Assembly: GCF_004010195.1 (NCBI RefSeq)
Contig: NC_057749.1
Location: 7,213,416 to 7,277,415, forward strand
Reading direction: 5' to 3'
Source of the DNA: Chiloscyllium plagiosum
Taxonomy: Eukaryota
DNA length: 64,000 nt
Position 1 is the first letter of the stretch; each line of letters begins with the position of its first letter. This document shows, piece by piece, positions 1 to 11,797 of the stretch. The notes below the pieces were generated by a model that was not told where the DNA came from, did not search any database, and saw only the letters and a program-made list of their open reading frames with translations. Made by a program: the position numbers and the translations under genes.

Positions 1-119
1 AGTCAACATTGTTTGTTTGAGATTTTGCCATGGAGGATGTACCAGGAACTCTTATTCCAAATTATAATTAAAAAAAAAAGCACAATGGTAGGACTTGTTC
101 TTTGTGCTTGCAGAGGATA

Positions 120-205
120 GGTCACTGTGCAGTATAAGCTATTGTTCCCTTTGAAATTTGGCACTCTTGCATCTGTCCTGATGAGTACAAAATGAAAAAT
201 TAAGA
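120..205 (+). mobile_element. Old Penelope-like terminal fragment with degenerate hammerhead motif
   Basis: tgttccctttgaaatttggc...ctgtcCTGATGAgtacaaaatGAAA; same family in reverse orientation at 13040-13300 and 51935-52130. Confidence 0.5.
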
Positions 206-1106
206 TCATAACGAAAAGAATAAAGGATATATATTATATACATATATTACACATATACAGCACACCTGAGCATTACATCTCTGTAAAGTAGTATGTTCAT
301 AATACATACATGATGTTGTGTTCAAAGTATATAAGCATTATAGAGTGATTATTAACGTGGGAAAAGGTGGTGGGGAATTTGGTTTGAGTGAAAAGAAAAA
401 CATGCTCTCTGAAGCTTGATACTTCTGCCAATTTTAATAAAACATTTTTCTTCCGTTTCTTGGCAGTAGTCAACCGCAGTTGATCGAGAAGTTGATTGAC
501 TTCTCAGGACTTCAGTACCAGGCTGGGATTGTGAAGCAGAAAAGACTGAGGAAGGCAATAAAGACTGGAGTAGAGATCAATAGGGAATTGGAGCCAGGAA
601 ACACTGGTGAAACCAAGGTCAGAGTAGATCAGAAGTCTGGAGGTCAGGGGATTGATACATGAATCAGAGGAGGTAGATGAAGCAGGTATGCTTGGCTCTG
701 ATTGGCTAAACCATTTACCTCCTGGATCTTTGCCTCCCTTTAACTGGTGAGATTCCTGATGCTTGGAAAACTGAGTTGACCGAGTTTAAATTTAAAATGG
801 TCATGAGGTATGAGCCATGCAGTCTCAGTACAATATTGAAACTGATAACCCACTTCCTGGGAGCACGTTAGTTTCCTGTTCCCAGTTAAACTCAGAAGTG
901 ATTACGTTTAGATTTTATTGTCGCATGTTGTTGTGTCACCATGGTCTTACCAGACCATAGGGGCTGCTCTCTCAGAGAGAAGCAGCTGGTGGTGATTTAA
1001 CCTGAGGGCCAGCAGATTGCAGGCGAGGGAAGAGGTTGAAAAGGAGAGTCCTTCATGGTAACCTCAAACTGGTGATGGGAATTGAACTCATGCTGTTGGT
1101 ATCATA

Positions 1107-1374
1107 AGGAGAAAGTGAGGTCTGCAGATGCTGGAGATCAGAGATGGAAATGTGTTGCTGGAAAAGCGCAGCAGGTCAGGCAGCATCTAGGGAACAGGAG
1201 AATCGACGTTTCGGGCATTAGCCCTTCTTCAGGAATGAGGACAGTTTGTCCAGCAGGCAGCCTGCTGGACAAACTGTCCTCATTCCTGAAGAAGGGGTAA
1301 TGCCCGAAACGTCGATTCTCCTGTTCCCTAGATGCTGCCTGACCTGCTGCGCTTTTCCAGCAACACATTTCCAT
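1107..1374. mobile_element. Young fold-back Penelope-like insertion
   Basis: Arms 1142-1258 and 1260-1376 are reverse complements with one mismatch; exact 14-bp TSD ctgttggtatcata (1093-1106, 1375-1388). Confidence 0.9.
1286..1313 (+). ncRNA. Minimal type I hammerhead ribozyme motif (mirror copy on minus strand at 1205-1232)
   Basis: CTGAAGA-a-GGG(G/C)-taat-GCCC-GAAAC-GTC; stem III reduced to ACGT palindrome, as in PLE ribozymes. Confidence 0.75.
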
Positions 1375-1619
1375 CTGTTGGTATCATAGTGCGCTGCATA
1401 CCAACAATCCAGCCAACTGAGCTAAACCGATTCCCTGTTGCATGTACTCAAATACAGAAATGCAGGCGTACAGTGAAATGTGTACAATGTCACCATGCAT
1501 AGTGCCATCTTAGATACAAATGTATCTATGTAAAAAAGCTTAGGTACAAAGTGATAAGGCAAACAGAGTTAAAGCATTCCCTCATAGAATAAGTAGAAAA
1601 ATAAAGAAATAAGGTAATA

Positions 1620-1830
1620 CAGTCTGTGCGCATATAACGCAATAGTTTTGTTCCCATGCGATCCCGCGTGGTCAGAATATTGTGTAATAGCAGCACCGTT
1701 TAAATTAACGAGACCGGAATCGCGTTCTAGCCAATACAGGTAAGGAAAGTTCATGTTCTACAAATAATGGCCTAAATTCTTCAATCACTTTAAAGCCAAT
1801 TCGTGTTGAAGAAACGCGTCAAACCTACTG
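1620..1830. mobile_element. Tc1/mariner (Tigger-like) non-autonomous DNA transposon
   Basis: TA|CAGT...ACTG|TA ends with degenerate terminal inverted repeats; no ORF. Confidence 0.6.
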
Positions 1831-2137
1831 TAGTTAATATCAAAGTCTTCCTTAATTTAAACTTGAAGGAATTAAGTTATCTATTGTTATTTCGTAATGT
1901 ATGATATTCCTTTGCTTATCTCACTCTATGGGAGACCTCAGCTGCCTGTTCTCAACAGCTTGGGGTGGGGTTGGGATTCAAGTTTTTAAACATCCCACTC
2001 GACTCAAACCAGCCTATACAAGGGGATTAAAATTCCATCTATTTATCTGCAAAAACAGAAGTATGTCTCTGGTGTACATAATTGTACTACATCTCTGTAA
2101 AACAGGAAACTTAAGAATAGACATAGGAGAATCAATG

Positions 2138-2681
2138 ACAAAAACAGAAAGTGCAGGAGAAACTCAGCAGGTCTGGCAGAATCCGCAGAGAGAAAGCAGA
2201 GTTAACGTTTCGGGTACAGTCACCCTTCTTCAGAACTGGTTGTAACCGTTAAAGGTTGGTTGGTATCTGTGAAGATGTGCTGGGGTGGGGGTGGGGAAAG
2301 CAGTAAATGATGGGTGGAGATGCAACCCAGAGAGACTGAACAGTTGGACAGGCAAAGGAATGGGTAAAGGTTATCGTGGAAGAATTAATAGCTGCTAATG
2401 GGGACCATTGGTGGTTGACAATGGGTTGGTTGTAGTAGCAGCCCCTTGTGATGACAGGACCTGGGTGTGAGGGTTGGTAAAGGAGAAGGAAGAAAGTGCA
2501 TGGGCCCTAAAATTATTGAACTTGATATTGGGTCCTGAAGGCTGCAGGGTCCCCAAGTGGAAAATGAGATGCTGTGCTTCCAGCTTTGCTGCAGCAAGCC
2601 CGAGGCAGAAAGGTTGGCCTGGGAACACGGTGTTGTGCTGAAGGGACATGCGACTGGAAGCTCAGAGACATTTTTGTGGAC
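2138..2681 (-). mobile_element. 5'-truncated Penelope-like retroelement (GIY-YIG C-terminus plus terminal repeat)
   Basis: Minus-strand peptide KLEAQHLIFHLGTLQPSGPNIKFNNF; degenerate TSD aggagaatcaatg/aggagaattactg (2125-2137, 2682-2694). Confidence 0.85.
2200..2237 (-). ncRNA. Minimal hammerhead ribozyme motif with intact core
   Basis: Minus strand AGTT-CTGAAGA-a-GGGT-gactgt-ACCC-GAAAC-GTT-AACT: 4-bp stem I, 4-bp stem II, GUU triplet. Confidence 0.75.
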
Positions 2682-4139
2682 AGGAGAATTACTGTGGTTC
2701 TGAAAAGCACAGGGGCCTATTTAACTCTGTACCAGAATTATTTCTCTGAAAAAAGAATGCATATTAACAGCCATGACATGCTCTGCTCTCGTCATACTCT
2801 CCTTAGACATGACAATAACTCTGAGACAGTACAAAGGATTGCTCTTGATGCCATTTAGAAGAAACCTGTCAAAAGAATTGGCCTTTAGACGAGAGAACAT
2901 TGTCAGTATTTTTTAACATGCACCGTCCAACGACCATAAACCTTTCTACAAAGATTAAAAATTGAAAATTGAATTTCAAGATGCTCTAAAGCTTTGGAGG
3001 TGTAAACAGGAGGCTGATCGCTCCGACTCTCTTTTAGAAATTAGCGCATTCTTGTCCCAGACTTCTGTATTTGTGCTTTGCCAGATGTGAGGGAAACTTG
3101 TTCCTTCCTCGGAGAAGTTTTCCCTCCTGACCTTCTCCAGTGAAATGAGTTCAAATGTTTTCCATATTCACCTGCCCAAGTGGTATGTGAGAAATGCCAC
3201 ATAAAGGTGAAACGGAATGAATTGCAGCAAAAACGGATGAGGCTGTTACACAGGTGATTGCGGTTCAATGTCATTGGAGAGACCCCAGGGAGAATTAGAA
3301 AGAGACAAACTAATTGTCTGTACCAACATTTAAAATATGCATCTCAGAATATATCCGGGAGCTTTACACTGCACTTAAAGCAGCAGGATTACAATGTATG
3401 TAAAGGAGCATTAAACTTCTGTAAAACAAATGTAAGTAAGTGTTAGATCTCGGTGAAATAGGAATGCAGAAGTATTTTGACTCTGTAATTAAAGGAGGAC
3501 TATAATGTGAGCAGTTGTCAGAGCTGCACCTCTGTAAAACTGTGCAATTTTAATATTACATCTCCTGTGAAATTGACATGCATGAGAATATCATACATTA
3601 CGAAATAACAATACATATCAAAGAGGAATACTTGTTTTAAAGGTCGTGGCCAAGAAACTGCGCAGCAATCAGCTAATTTTAATAACTAGCCCAGCAACAA
3701 TATCCAGCTATTAAAAGGTTGTCTTAAATAAACATATTTGGATTCAGGACTTTTAATCAGAACCTTGCTGCAGAGTTTAAAATACTGTTTTCCTTGCAAT
3801 ATTTCTGTAGACCATTAAGCATTCATTCATTGACCCTTCATAATACTCGAATATTACCTGCAAAACACTCATTAACTCCACCTATTGGTCCTGCTCTGAA
3901 CAATTCTTACGCTGTACTTTCCATTGATACACAATCTTTCAAATAAAAATTAGAAGTAGCAACCATAAATGCTGGATGTCAACCTGTTGAAACTCTTTGC
4001 TCGACCCATGATCAGTTTGTCCATTTTCTTCAGAGAATTTACATTGAGTGACATTGAATGAACAGCAGAGGACTAGACCATTTGCCCTAAGTGATCCTTA
4101 TTGCCATATTAACACTATTTTGGTTCTTCTGCTGGGTTA

Positions 4140-4470
4140 TAGGTATTCCTGGCAAGGCTGGCATTTGTTTCCCATCACTAGATACCCTCTCTAGATCATT
4201 TGAGAGTGTAGTTAAGAGCCAATCGCATTGCTGTGGGTCTGGAGTCACATTTGGGCCAGACTGGGTAAGGATGGCAGATTCCTTCCTTAAAGGATTTAAG
4301 AAAACCAGATGGTAATTGACACTGCTGACATGGTTATAAATTGGCTAGCTTTTTTTTTCAAATTCCAGACTTTTGTTGAATTCGAATTTCACCAACTGCC
4401 ATGGTGTGATTCGAACCCACATCACCAGAACATTAATCAGGGGCTCTACATTGTAGTGCAGTAATAACCC
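4140..4470 (-). mobile_element. DeuSINE/SacSINE1-like SINE (family C)
   Basis: Core gctgtgggtctggagtcacat...ggtaaggatggcagatt shared with copies at 31.7k, 36.2k, 40.3k, 53.4k, 56.4k, 59.3k, 60.5k. Confidence 0.65.
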
Positions 4471-4943
4471 TATATTGACCCTTATTCTTTAACCACACAA
4501 AACTCCTTCCGCCACTCTTTGCTTCAGTCTATCAGCTTAACCTTTGACTGCCTATCCCTCCTCCCCTTAAATACATCTACACTCTTTGTCTCAAACATTC
4601 TACATTATGGTGAGCGCCAGACGCTTACTTACCCTTTGCTAAGGGGCAGCATGCACAAGCAAAAGGATGCTCCTATCTGAGTGAATGAGGAAGGAAATGC
4701 AGTGAAGTAGTCTTTCCCAGAAAGTCTTACATTATCTGGTGGGGACACAAGGAGCACCATCACAGCTATCCATCAGAGTCAATGGGGGTGAATGAAATCA
4801 GTTGGCGTTTGTTACTCATAGGCCCAATGTATTGTGTTTCTGTTGAGGTCGGAAATGGAGGTGAGTGGGTCCTGTTACTCTGGCTTCCTTCACCACCAAC
4901 CCCTCCCAAATCAGGAGGGGAGCGGGTGGTTGATTACATTAAC

Positions 4944-5172
4944 AGGAGAAAGTGAGGACTGCAGATGCTGGAGATCAGAGTCGAGAGTGTGGTGCTGGAA
5001 AAGCACAGCAGGTCAGGCAGCATCTGAGGAAACTGTGGTGCTGGAAAAGCACAGCAGATCAGGGAGCATCCGACGAGAGTGTGGTGCTGGAAAAGCACAT
5101 GAGATCAGGGAGCATCCCAGGAGAGTGTGGTGCTGCCTGACCTGCTGTACTTTCCAGCACCACACTCTCGAC
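4944..5172. mobile_element. Rearranged PLE terminal repeat: three tandem ~45-nt copies, then fold-back
   Basis: gtgtggtgctggaaaagcaca...cag(g)cagcatc repeated three times, then inverted copy; flanked by tacattaac (4935-4943, 5173-5181). Confidence 0.8.
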
Positions 5173-5181
5173 TACATTAAC

Positions 5182-6015
5182 TCACATCACCAGACCATAG
5201 CAACACGACGGCTGGAGGAAGAGCGCCTCATCTTCCGACTAGGAACCCTCCAACCACAAGGGATGAACTCAGATTTCTCCAGTTTCCTCATTTCCCCTCC
5301 CCACAGCTTGTCTCAGTCAAATCCCTCGAACTCAGCACCGCCTTCCTAACCTGCAATCTTCTTCCTGACCTCTCCGCCTCCGCCCCCACCCCCACTCCGG
5401 CCTATCACNNNNNNNNNNNNNNNNNNNNNNNNNNNNNNNNNNNNNNNNNNNNNNNNNNNNNNNNNNNNNNNNNNNNNNNNNNNNNNNNNNNNNNNNNNNN
5501 NNNNNNNNNNNNNNNNNNNNNNNNNNNNNNNNNNNNNNNNNNNNNNNNNNNNNNNNNNNNNNNNNNNNNNNNNNNNNNNNNNNNNNNNNNNNNNNNNNNN
5601 NNNNNNNNNNNNNNNNNNNNNNNNNNNNNNNNNNNNNNNNNNNNNNNNNNNNNNNNNNNNNNNNNNNNNNNNNNNNNNNNNNNNNNNNNNNNNNNNNNNN
5701 NNNNNNNNNNNNNNNNNNNNNNNNNNNNNNNNNNNNNNNNNNNNNNNNNNNNNNNNNNNNNNNNNNNNNNNNNNNNNNNNNNNNNNNNNNNNNNNNNNNN
5801 NNNNNNNNNNNNNNNNNNNNNNNNGCCCCTCCCCCAAGTCCCTCTTTCCTACCTTTTATCTTAGCCTGCTGGACACACTTTCCTCATTCCTGAAGAAGGG
5901 CTCATGCCCGAAACGTTGATTCTCCTGCTCCTTGGATGCTGCCTGACCTGCTGCGCTTTTCCAGCAACACATTTTCAGCTCTTGATCTCCATCATCTGCA
6001 GTCCTCACTTTCTCC
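5182..6015 (+). mobile_element. 5'-truncated Penelope-like element spanning the assembly gap
   Basis: Peptide TRRLEEERLIFRLGTLQPQGMNSDFSSF (GIY-YIG C-terminus); hammerhead motif 5890-5917; ends ctgcagtcctcactttctcc followed by tacattaac. Confidence 0.85.
5409..5824. other. Assembly gap
   Basis: Run of N. Confidence 1.
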
Positions 6016-6454
6016 TACATTAACCAACAGCCAAGTAATGCCAGTCAAAGGAGGCAACTGGAATTTTCCACTGGGCCTTCAGCCTCCTGCAGGAGCTGGG
6101 GAGGCTGGTGATGATGGTGGTGGTGATGCTGGGTCAAGTTTATTTGCCTGGAAATGGCCCCGTTCATGCAGCAGACTGGAGTGAACAGCTCAAGCCAGAT
6201 CTGGAGACCCTTCTTGGCTTCCCTGGGCATTACATGAGTCACAGGCTACCCTGCAGAGGAGGCCCTGTTAATCACTTATCTTCCTCACACAACAATGGCT
6301 GCAAACATGGCAACTCATCTCCTATTCTCAATATTAAAAAGTTGCAGAGAGGGTACCCACATTTTAAAACCACCCTTGACTGCCATCACTCTCCTCCTTT
6401 CAAGCCTTTGACTGGCCTTTTCCAGCTGAGTCCATCCACCATCCTTACTGAACG

Positions 6455-6785
6455 GATGGCTCAGTGGTTAGCGCTGCTGCCTCAGGGACCTAGGTGCGAT
6501 TCCAGCTTTGGGCGACTGTCTGTGTGGAGTTTGCACATTCTAACCCCATGCCCCCCACGTCTGAATGTGTTTCATCCGGTGCTCCAGTTTCCTCCCACAG
6601 TCCAATGATGAGCAGGTTAGGAGTTGACCATGCTAAATTACCCATAACGTGCAGGGATGTCCAGGTTGGGTGGGTTAGCTGTGGGAAATGTGGGTTTACA
6701 GTGATAGGGTGGGATGCTCTTCAGAGGTTCGGTGCAGACTTGATGGGCTGAATGGCCCATTTCCGCACTGTAGGAATTCTATGAT
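6455..6785 (+). mobile_element. HE1-type V-SINE (older copy)
   Basis: tggctcagtggttagc A box, gactgtctgtgtggagtttgcacattct core, CR1-like tail. Confidence 0.8.
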
Positions 6786-7209
6786 GAGTAAGCCCACACT
6801 CTGGCCAATAATTGGCTACTCAGGGAAAAATCATAACTTTCTGTCTGTCTCTCTCACACAGCCTGTTGTTAAGTCAATGGCAAGTAAATCAGTCAAGTAT
6901 GAAATTAGGCGTCAATAATTTTCACGATAATTCATTTATAGGAGTGGTCCCCGTTGTAAGCTCACACGTACAAAAATGATCCCATACAGTGGTGTAATTT
7001 AAAATATCCGATGCATAAACATTTCTTGTACCTACAAGCAGCTATTTTATATTGTCCTGCATTGTGTTCCATCTTGTGTACAAATTGACTTATGAATGGC
7101 CACGAGAACAGAAGGCATTTACAACACACGGACTGCCTGTGCCTACAGAATGTGGCATTTGATGTCTGCTTCCTAACAACTAATCGCTGTGACACAGCAG
7201 ACTCACTTT

Positions 7210-7310
7210 CTGAAGAAGGGTCACCGGATTCGAAACATTAACTCAGCTTTCTCTCTCCACAGGTGCTTGCCAGATCCGCTGAGTTTCTCCAGCAATTCCT
7301 GTTTCTGCTT
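7210..7310 (+). mobile_element. Short PLE terminal fragment starting at hammerhead CTGAAGA
   Basis: ctgaagaagggtcaccggattcgaaacattaac...; flanks ctcacttt/ctcatttt. Confidence 0.7.
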
Positions 7311-7461
7311 CTCATTTTAAATTATTTGAATTAAAACAATTGAACTCAAATCAGTCCAAAGTAAAATGTGACAGCCCCTGTAGGAGGTGCTGCACCAACA
7401 GTCAAAATTTCACATGAAACTTAAATTAAATTCAAATTTCTTTTTGTGAGGTGATGATGTG

Positions 7462-7493
7462 CTGCAGTACTGGCAGTGCCCACCAGGAGGCAT
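7462..7493 (+). promoter_or_regulatory. Candidate CTCF site with upstream module
   Basis: cTGCAGTAC-tggca-gtgcCCACCAGGAGGCA resembles the CTCF core plus the TGCAG upstream motif. Confidence 0.45.
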
Positions 7494-7659
7494 AAAGCGC
7501 ACCAGCAACCACCATGTGTTCCTTCTCCAAGGTTCTGAATGTAACCACTGAAGAGAGACAGGGTGTTCTGAACCCCTCCTGGACCTGTTAATGGCCACAA
7601 TCTCCCTTTGAACTATTTTAATAAATCACTGAACCCAAATGAAACCCTAATCCAGCTTT

Positions 7660-8573
7660 TAAGTTTGCAGATGACACCAAAATTGGAGGTGTAGTGGACC
7701 GCGGAGAGGGTTACCTCTGAGTACAATGGAATCTTGATCAGATGGGCCAATAGGTTGAGAAGTGGCAGATGGAGTTTAATTCAGATAAATGTGAGGTGCT
7801 GCATTTTGGGAAAGCAAATCTTAGCAGGGCTTATACACTTAATGGTAAGGTCCTTGGGAGTGTTGCTGAACAAAGAGACCTTGGAGTGCAGGTTCATAGT
7901 TCCTTGAAAGTGGAGTTGCAGGTAGATAGGATATTGAAGAAGGTGTTTGGTATGCTTTCCTTTATTGGTCAAAGTATTGAGTACAGGAGTTGGGAGGCCA
8001 TGTTGCAGCTGTACAGGACATTGGTTAGGCCACTGTCGGAATACTGCGGGCAATTCTGGTCTCCTTCCTATCGGAAAGATGTTGTGAAACTTGAAAGGGT
8101 TCAGAAAAGATTTATAAGGATGTTGCCAGGATTACAGGATTTGAGCTATAGGGAGAGGTTGAATAGGCTGGGGCTGTTTTCCCTGGAGCATCAGAGGCTG
8201 ACCTTATAGAGGTTAATAAAATCATGAGTGGCATGGATAGGATAAATAGACAAAGTATTTTCCCTGGGGTTGGGGAGTCCAGAACTAGAGGGCATAGGTT
8301 TAGGGTGAGAGGGGAAAGATATAAAAGATACGTATGGGGCAACTTTTTCATGGAGAGGGTGGCACGTGTATGGAATGAGCTGCCAGAGGAAGTGGTGGAG
8401 GTTGGTACAATTGCAACATTTGAAGGCATTTGGATGGGTATATGAATAGGTAGGGTTTGGAGGGATATGGGTCAGGTGCTGGCAGGTGGGACCAGATTGA
8501 GTTGGGATATCTGGTTGGCATGGATGAGTTGGACCGAAGGGTCTGTGTTCATGCTGTACATCCCTATGACTCT
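7660..8573 (+). mobile_element. CR1/HER1 LINE 3' fragment (RT C-terminus and 3' UTR)
   Basis: KFADDTK at 7661; ORF MEFNSDKCEVLHFG...LVRPLSEYCGQFWSP...LERVQKRF; stops and frameshifts; (tatgactc) tail. Confidence 0.95.
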
Positions 8574-8679
8574 AAGTGAATGGATGACCATCTCTCAAAG
8601 GGGCACTGTCATGAATGATGTGGTTTTTCATTCCACACTGCCAATAATTAACTCCAGTGGCTTGGTGATGAGCACTGTT

Positions 8680-8918
8680 GTCTCATAGTGCTAGGCACCC
8701 AGGTTCAATTCCACCCTGTGGGCAACTGTCTGTGTGGCGTTTGCATGCTCTCCCTGTGTTTGCGTGGGTTTCCTCCCACAGTCCAAAGATGTTCAGGTTA
8801 AGTGAATTGGCAATGGAAAATGCAGGGTTACAGGGTACGGGCGTGGGTCTGGCTTGGAGGGTCAGTGTGGACTTAATGGACTGGATTGCCCCTGGTTCCA
8901 TCCTGTAGGGATTCTACA
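8680..8918 (+). mobile_element. HE1-type SINE, partial
   Basis: ggttcaattcc B box and V-SINE core. Confidence 0.7.
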
Positions 8919-10454
8919 GGCAGATGGGGGTGGGTTAACCCAAATAACTGGCTTGCGATACAGAGTGCAGGCAACAACATGGTTTCAATTCCTGGGTCAC
9001 TATGAAGGCCCTACCTTCTTAACTTCACCCCTCACCTGAGGTGTGATGACCCTCAAGTTACACCACTATCAGTCATCTCTCTTGAATGAGAGAGTGGGAC
9101 TATGAAACTTTACAGTTTTATTGACCCATGGGTAAAATCAAGCAGGATTCAAAGCTGTGTGGAGAAACTCCAAGAGAGTTTCAAGTCCATTTGTTTAATC
9201 ACATGACCTTGAATGTAAGTCTTTCCTTGCAAGTGCTCTCGATATTTTGTAATCAACCTGTTCAGAGAAATTATACATTTATCAAAGAGGTGGGACTTGA
9301 ATTTGGACTCTCTGGTTCAGAAGTAGGAGCTACCACTGCACCATAAGTGTCCCTAAAAGTGCTATAGATACCTATTTAAACAGTGCCTTTTACTGTGTGT
9401 CTTAACAGTAGCATTGATGTACTAGTAAGAGGCGTGAGCCTGTGAGTCTCACAGAGGGGAGTTCAGGAATGCATGGGGAACTTCCAGCCCCAGGTGACGT
9501 CCCACAGACCCTTATCGGAGAGAGGGTACACCTGGAGCTCATGAGAGCATGGCATCTGCGGATCATGCATACCACCCATTCCAATTGAACAGCACATCAA
9601 CATGCACTCTCTAAGGAAAGATATGAAAAGCCTGGCAACTGAATTATAAAACTCCTCCTCCCACCACCTTCTCAACCACAGGGTACCTGTTGCCACTGCC
9701 AAACGGCAAGAGAAAGACCATGAGGCACATATCAGCCCTTCAAGTTCCATGACCGTAGGTTCATGGAGATATCATTGCAATGGAGGCCCTGAGATTTGAG
9801 GAGGAGGAAGTGGATGAGGTTATGGGAAAGGGGTTGGTGCCTGGGCAGCGGGGGTGGAGGGGGCGTTAGAGGGCTGGGTCTGTACTCTTGCCAAGTGGCG
9901 GGCTGGTTAATTGAACGGCTGTCACACAGTGCTGCTGTCAGCCTCACAGACAGGCTTAGCATCTTCATCAGATGGAGACGGGATGCAAATGTCAATCAAT
10001 CCTCATTGCAGGAGAACCCGAACACGACGAGAGGTCACGTCCACTTTCCCGCCGATCAAAGTGAGCCATCCATCAATAGTCTCGCTCGTCAACTGTCACA
10101 TTAAGCTGCACGCAATTGCATTGCTTTATCAAGCTCTCAACCAGCTCTGAACAGAGTTGCTATCTCCCACCGCAAACATAAGGTAACCAAGTTTGTTTGG
10201 GGGGCTGTTGGGGGAAGGGATGGAAAAGCTTCTCCAATAGGCTTTATGTCAACAAGAATTTCCCTTCCCAGCCCAGCGAAGATGGCTTTTGAAGTTGCTT
10301 GCTAATAAGGCACTGCAGTATTTACTGCATGGTTGGCCCTGACTGTGTTTTTCTCACCTGGGAATACATGTAATTAGTATAGAATAATAGTATATGGAAG
10401 ACCGTTTGAAGCAAATCATCTCCCTGCCAGTGAGCTGGAGGCTCAAAGGAATAG

Positions 10455-10741
10455 AATTATAGATTAGATTACTTACAGTGTGGAACCAAGCCCTTCAGCC
10501 CAACAAGTCCACACCGACCCTCCGAAGAACAACCCACCCAGACGCATTCCCCCCTTCACCTAACGGGCAATTTAGCACGGCCAATTCACCCAAACTGCAC
10601 ATTTTTGGACTGTGGGAGGAAACCCACGCAGACACGGGGAGAATGTGCAAACTCCAAACAGACAGTTGCCCAAGGGGGGAATTGAACCCGGGTCTCTGGC
10701 GCTGCGAGGCAGCAGTGCTAACCACTGTGCCACTGTGCCAC
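10455..10741 (-). mobile_element. HE1-type V-SINE
   Basis: (tagat)n tail at left; minus strand begins gggtggcacagtggcacagtggttagc. Confidence 0.9.
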
Positions 10742-11439
10742 CCATATATAGAGAAACTGGTTGGGAAAAAGAAAAGGAAACTGCCCCCAGCTTCCACTCA
10801 GCGTGCCTAAGCTAGAATGCCGACACTGCAATGGACTTCATTGGGTTGTGTGGAGACAGCGAATCAGGAATCACAGGCTAGCACAGACTTGAGAGAGGCC
10901 ATTTGGCCCACAAAGCCTGTGCTAGCTCTTTCAACGTGTAATTGAAGCCTAACTCTTTTCCTATAACCTTGCATGTTTTTTTTAAACTCCTTCAAGCAAT
11001 TACTTTGAATGTGACTGAGAATTTCTTCCCGTAAGCCTATGTACTATTGCATTCCAATTCAAACTGCACATTATGCAAAAAGTAAATTTCTTAATGTCTT
11101 TGGTAGGACAAGGGCAACATCAGCACGGCCAGCATCTGTTTTAAAACATTTACATTTACCAATCCTGATGTGTCATCCTGCCACAAAGATTTTACAAGAG
11201 AGGAAAAGGTCATTCAGCCCATCATGTTCCACATTAGTCATCAAGCGTCTCTCTATTCTAATCCCATTTCAAGTGTTGCTTGAAAAGCTTACTAAATGTC
11301 TTGGGCTCCTTTTGTTGGCTGGAGCTACGAAAAGGCAGAGTTTAAAAACTGGGGCATTTCTGTGCAGAGTTTTTAAATTTCCAAGCATTGACTCAACTTG
11401 AGCAGCAACTCTTGTGAAGCAATGGCTCTTGATTCTGTG

Positions 11440-11797
11440 ATGAGGAGGTAGACAAGGTCAGAAATCACATGACACTTGGTTTTGGTCCAACAGGTTTATT
11501 TGAAATCACAAGCTTTCGGAGCTGAATTTAGGTATGTAAACTGTCACAATGCAGCGCAATTTAATGGCCATTAAATGGCTCAATTAATTGAGCCCGACCA
11601 ATTCCCTTGTCATCTGCTATCTATTTATCTCCCTGCACAAAGGCACAGCTCGCTTGGTAATACAAAACGTGAGTTTTGCTATCAGAGTGTGCTATCAAAG
11701 GTTTATGCCCTGCATTCATCAGGACAAAGGGGCGAAAGGTTGTGATTTCAAACAAACCTGTTGGACTACAACCTGGTGTTGTGTGACTTTTGATTTT
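11440..11797. mobile_element. Fold-back PLE insertion enclosing a copy of local DNA
   Basis: Inverted arms ~11453-11518 and 11733-11797 of the family seen at 17.1k, 50.3k and 63.3k; centre 11522-11727 duplicates 12872-13078. Confidence 0.85.

Larger units (their letters stand above)
935..1430 (-). mobile_element. tRNA-derived SINE (family B, ggtttagctcagttggctgg head), interrupted by a PLE palindrome
   Basis: Minus strand starts ggtttagctcagttggctgg, B-box-like gagttcaattccc; body matches copies at 17.1-17.6k, 40.8-41.7k, 48.1-48.9k, 54.9-55.1k, 63.8-63.95k. Confidence 0.75.

Noticed and set aside
274..2101. 14-mer tacatctctgtaaa present twice (~274, ~2088)
   Set aside because: No extended homology or coherent element between them; may be chance
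4985..5135. Repeat-spacer pattern resembling a CRISPR array
   Set aside because: Units are tandem copies of a PLE terminus in a vertebrate context; no cas genes or unique spacers
5346..5837. 163-aa ORF
   Set aside because: Artefact of the N gap
9890..10190. CpG-containing segment ending in a donor-like aag|gtaacc
   Set aside because: Stops in the candidate frames and no good acceptor; no exon supported
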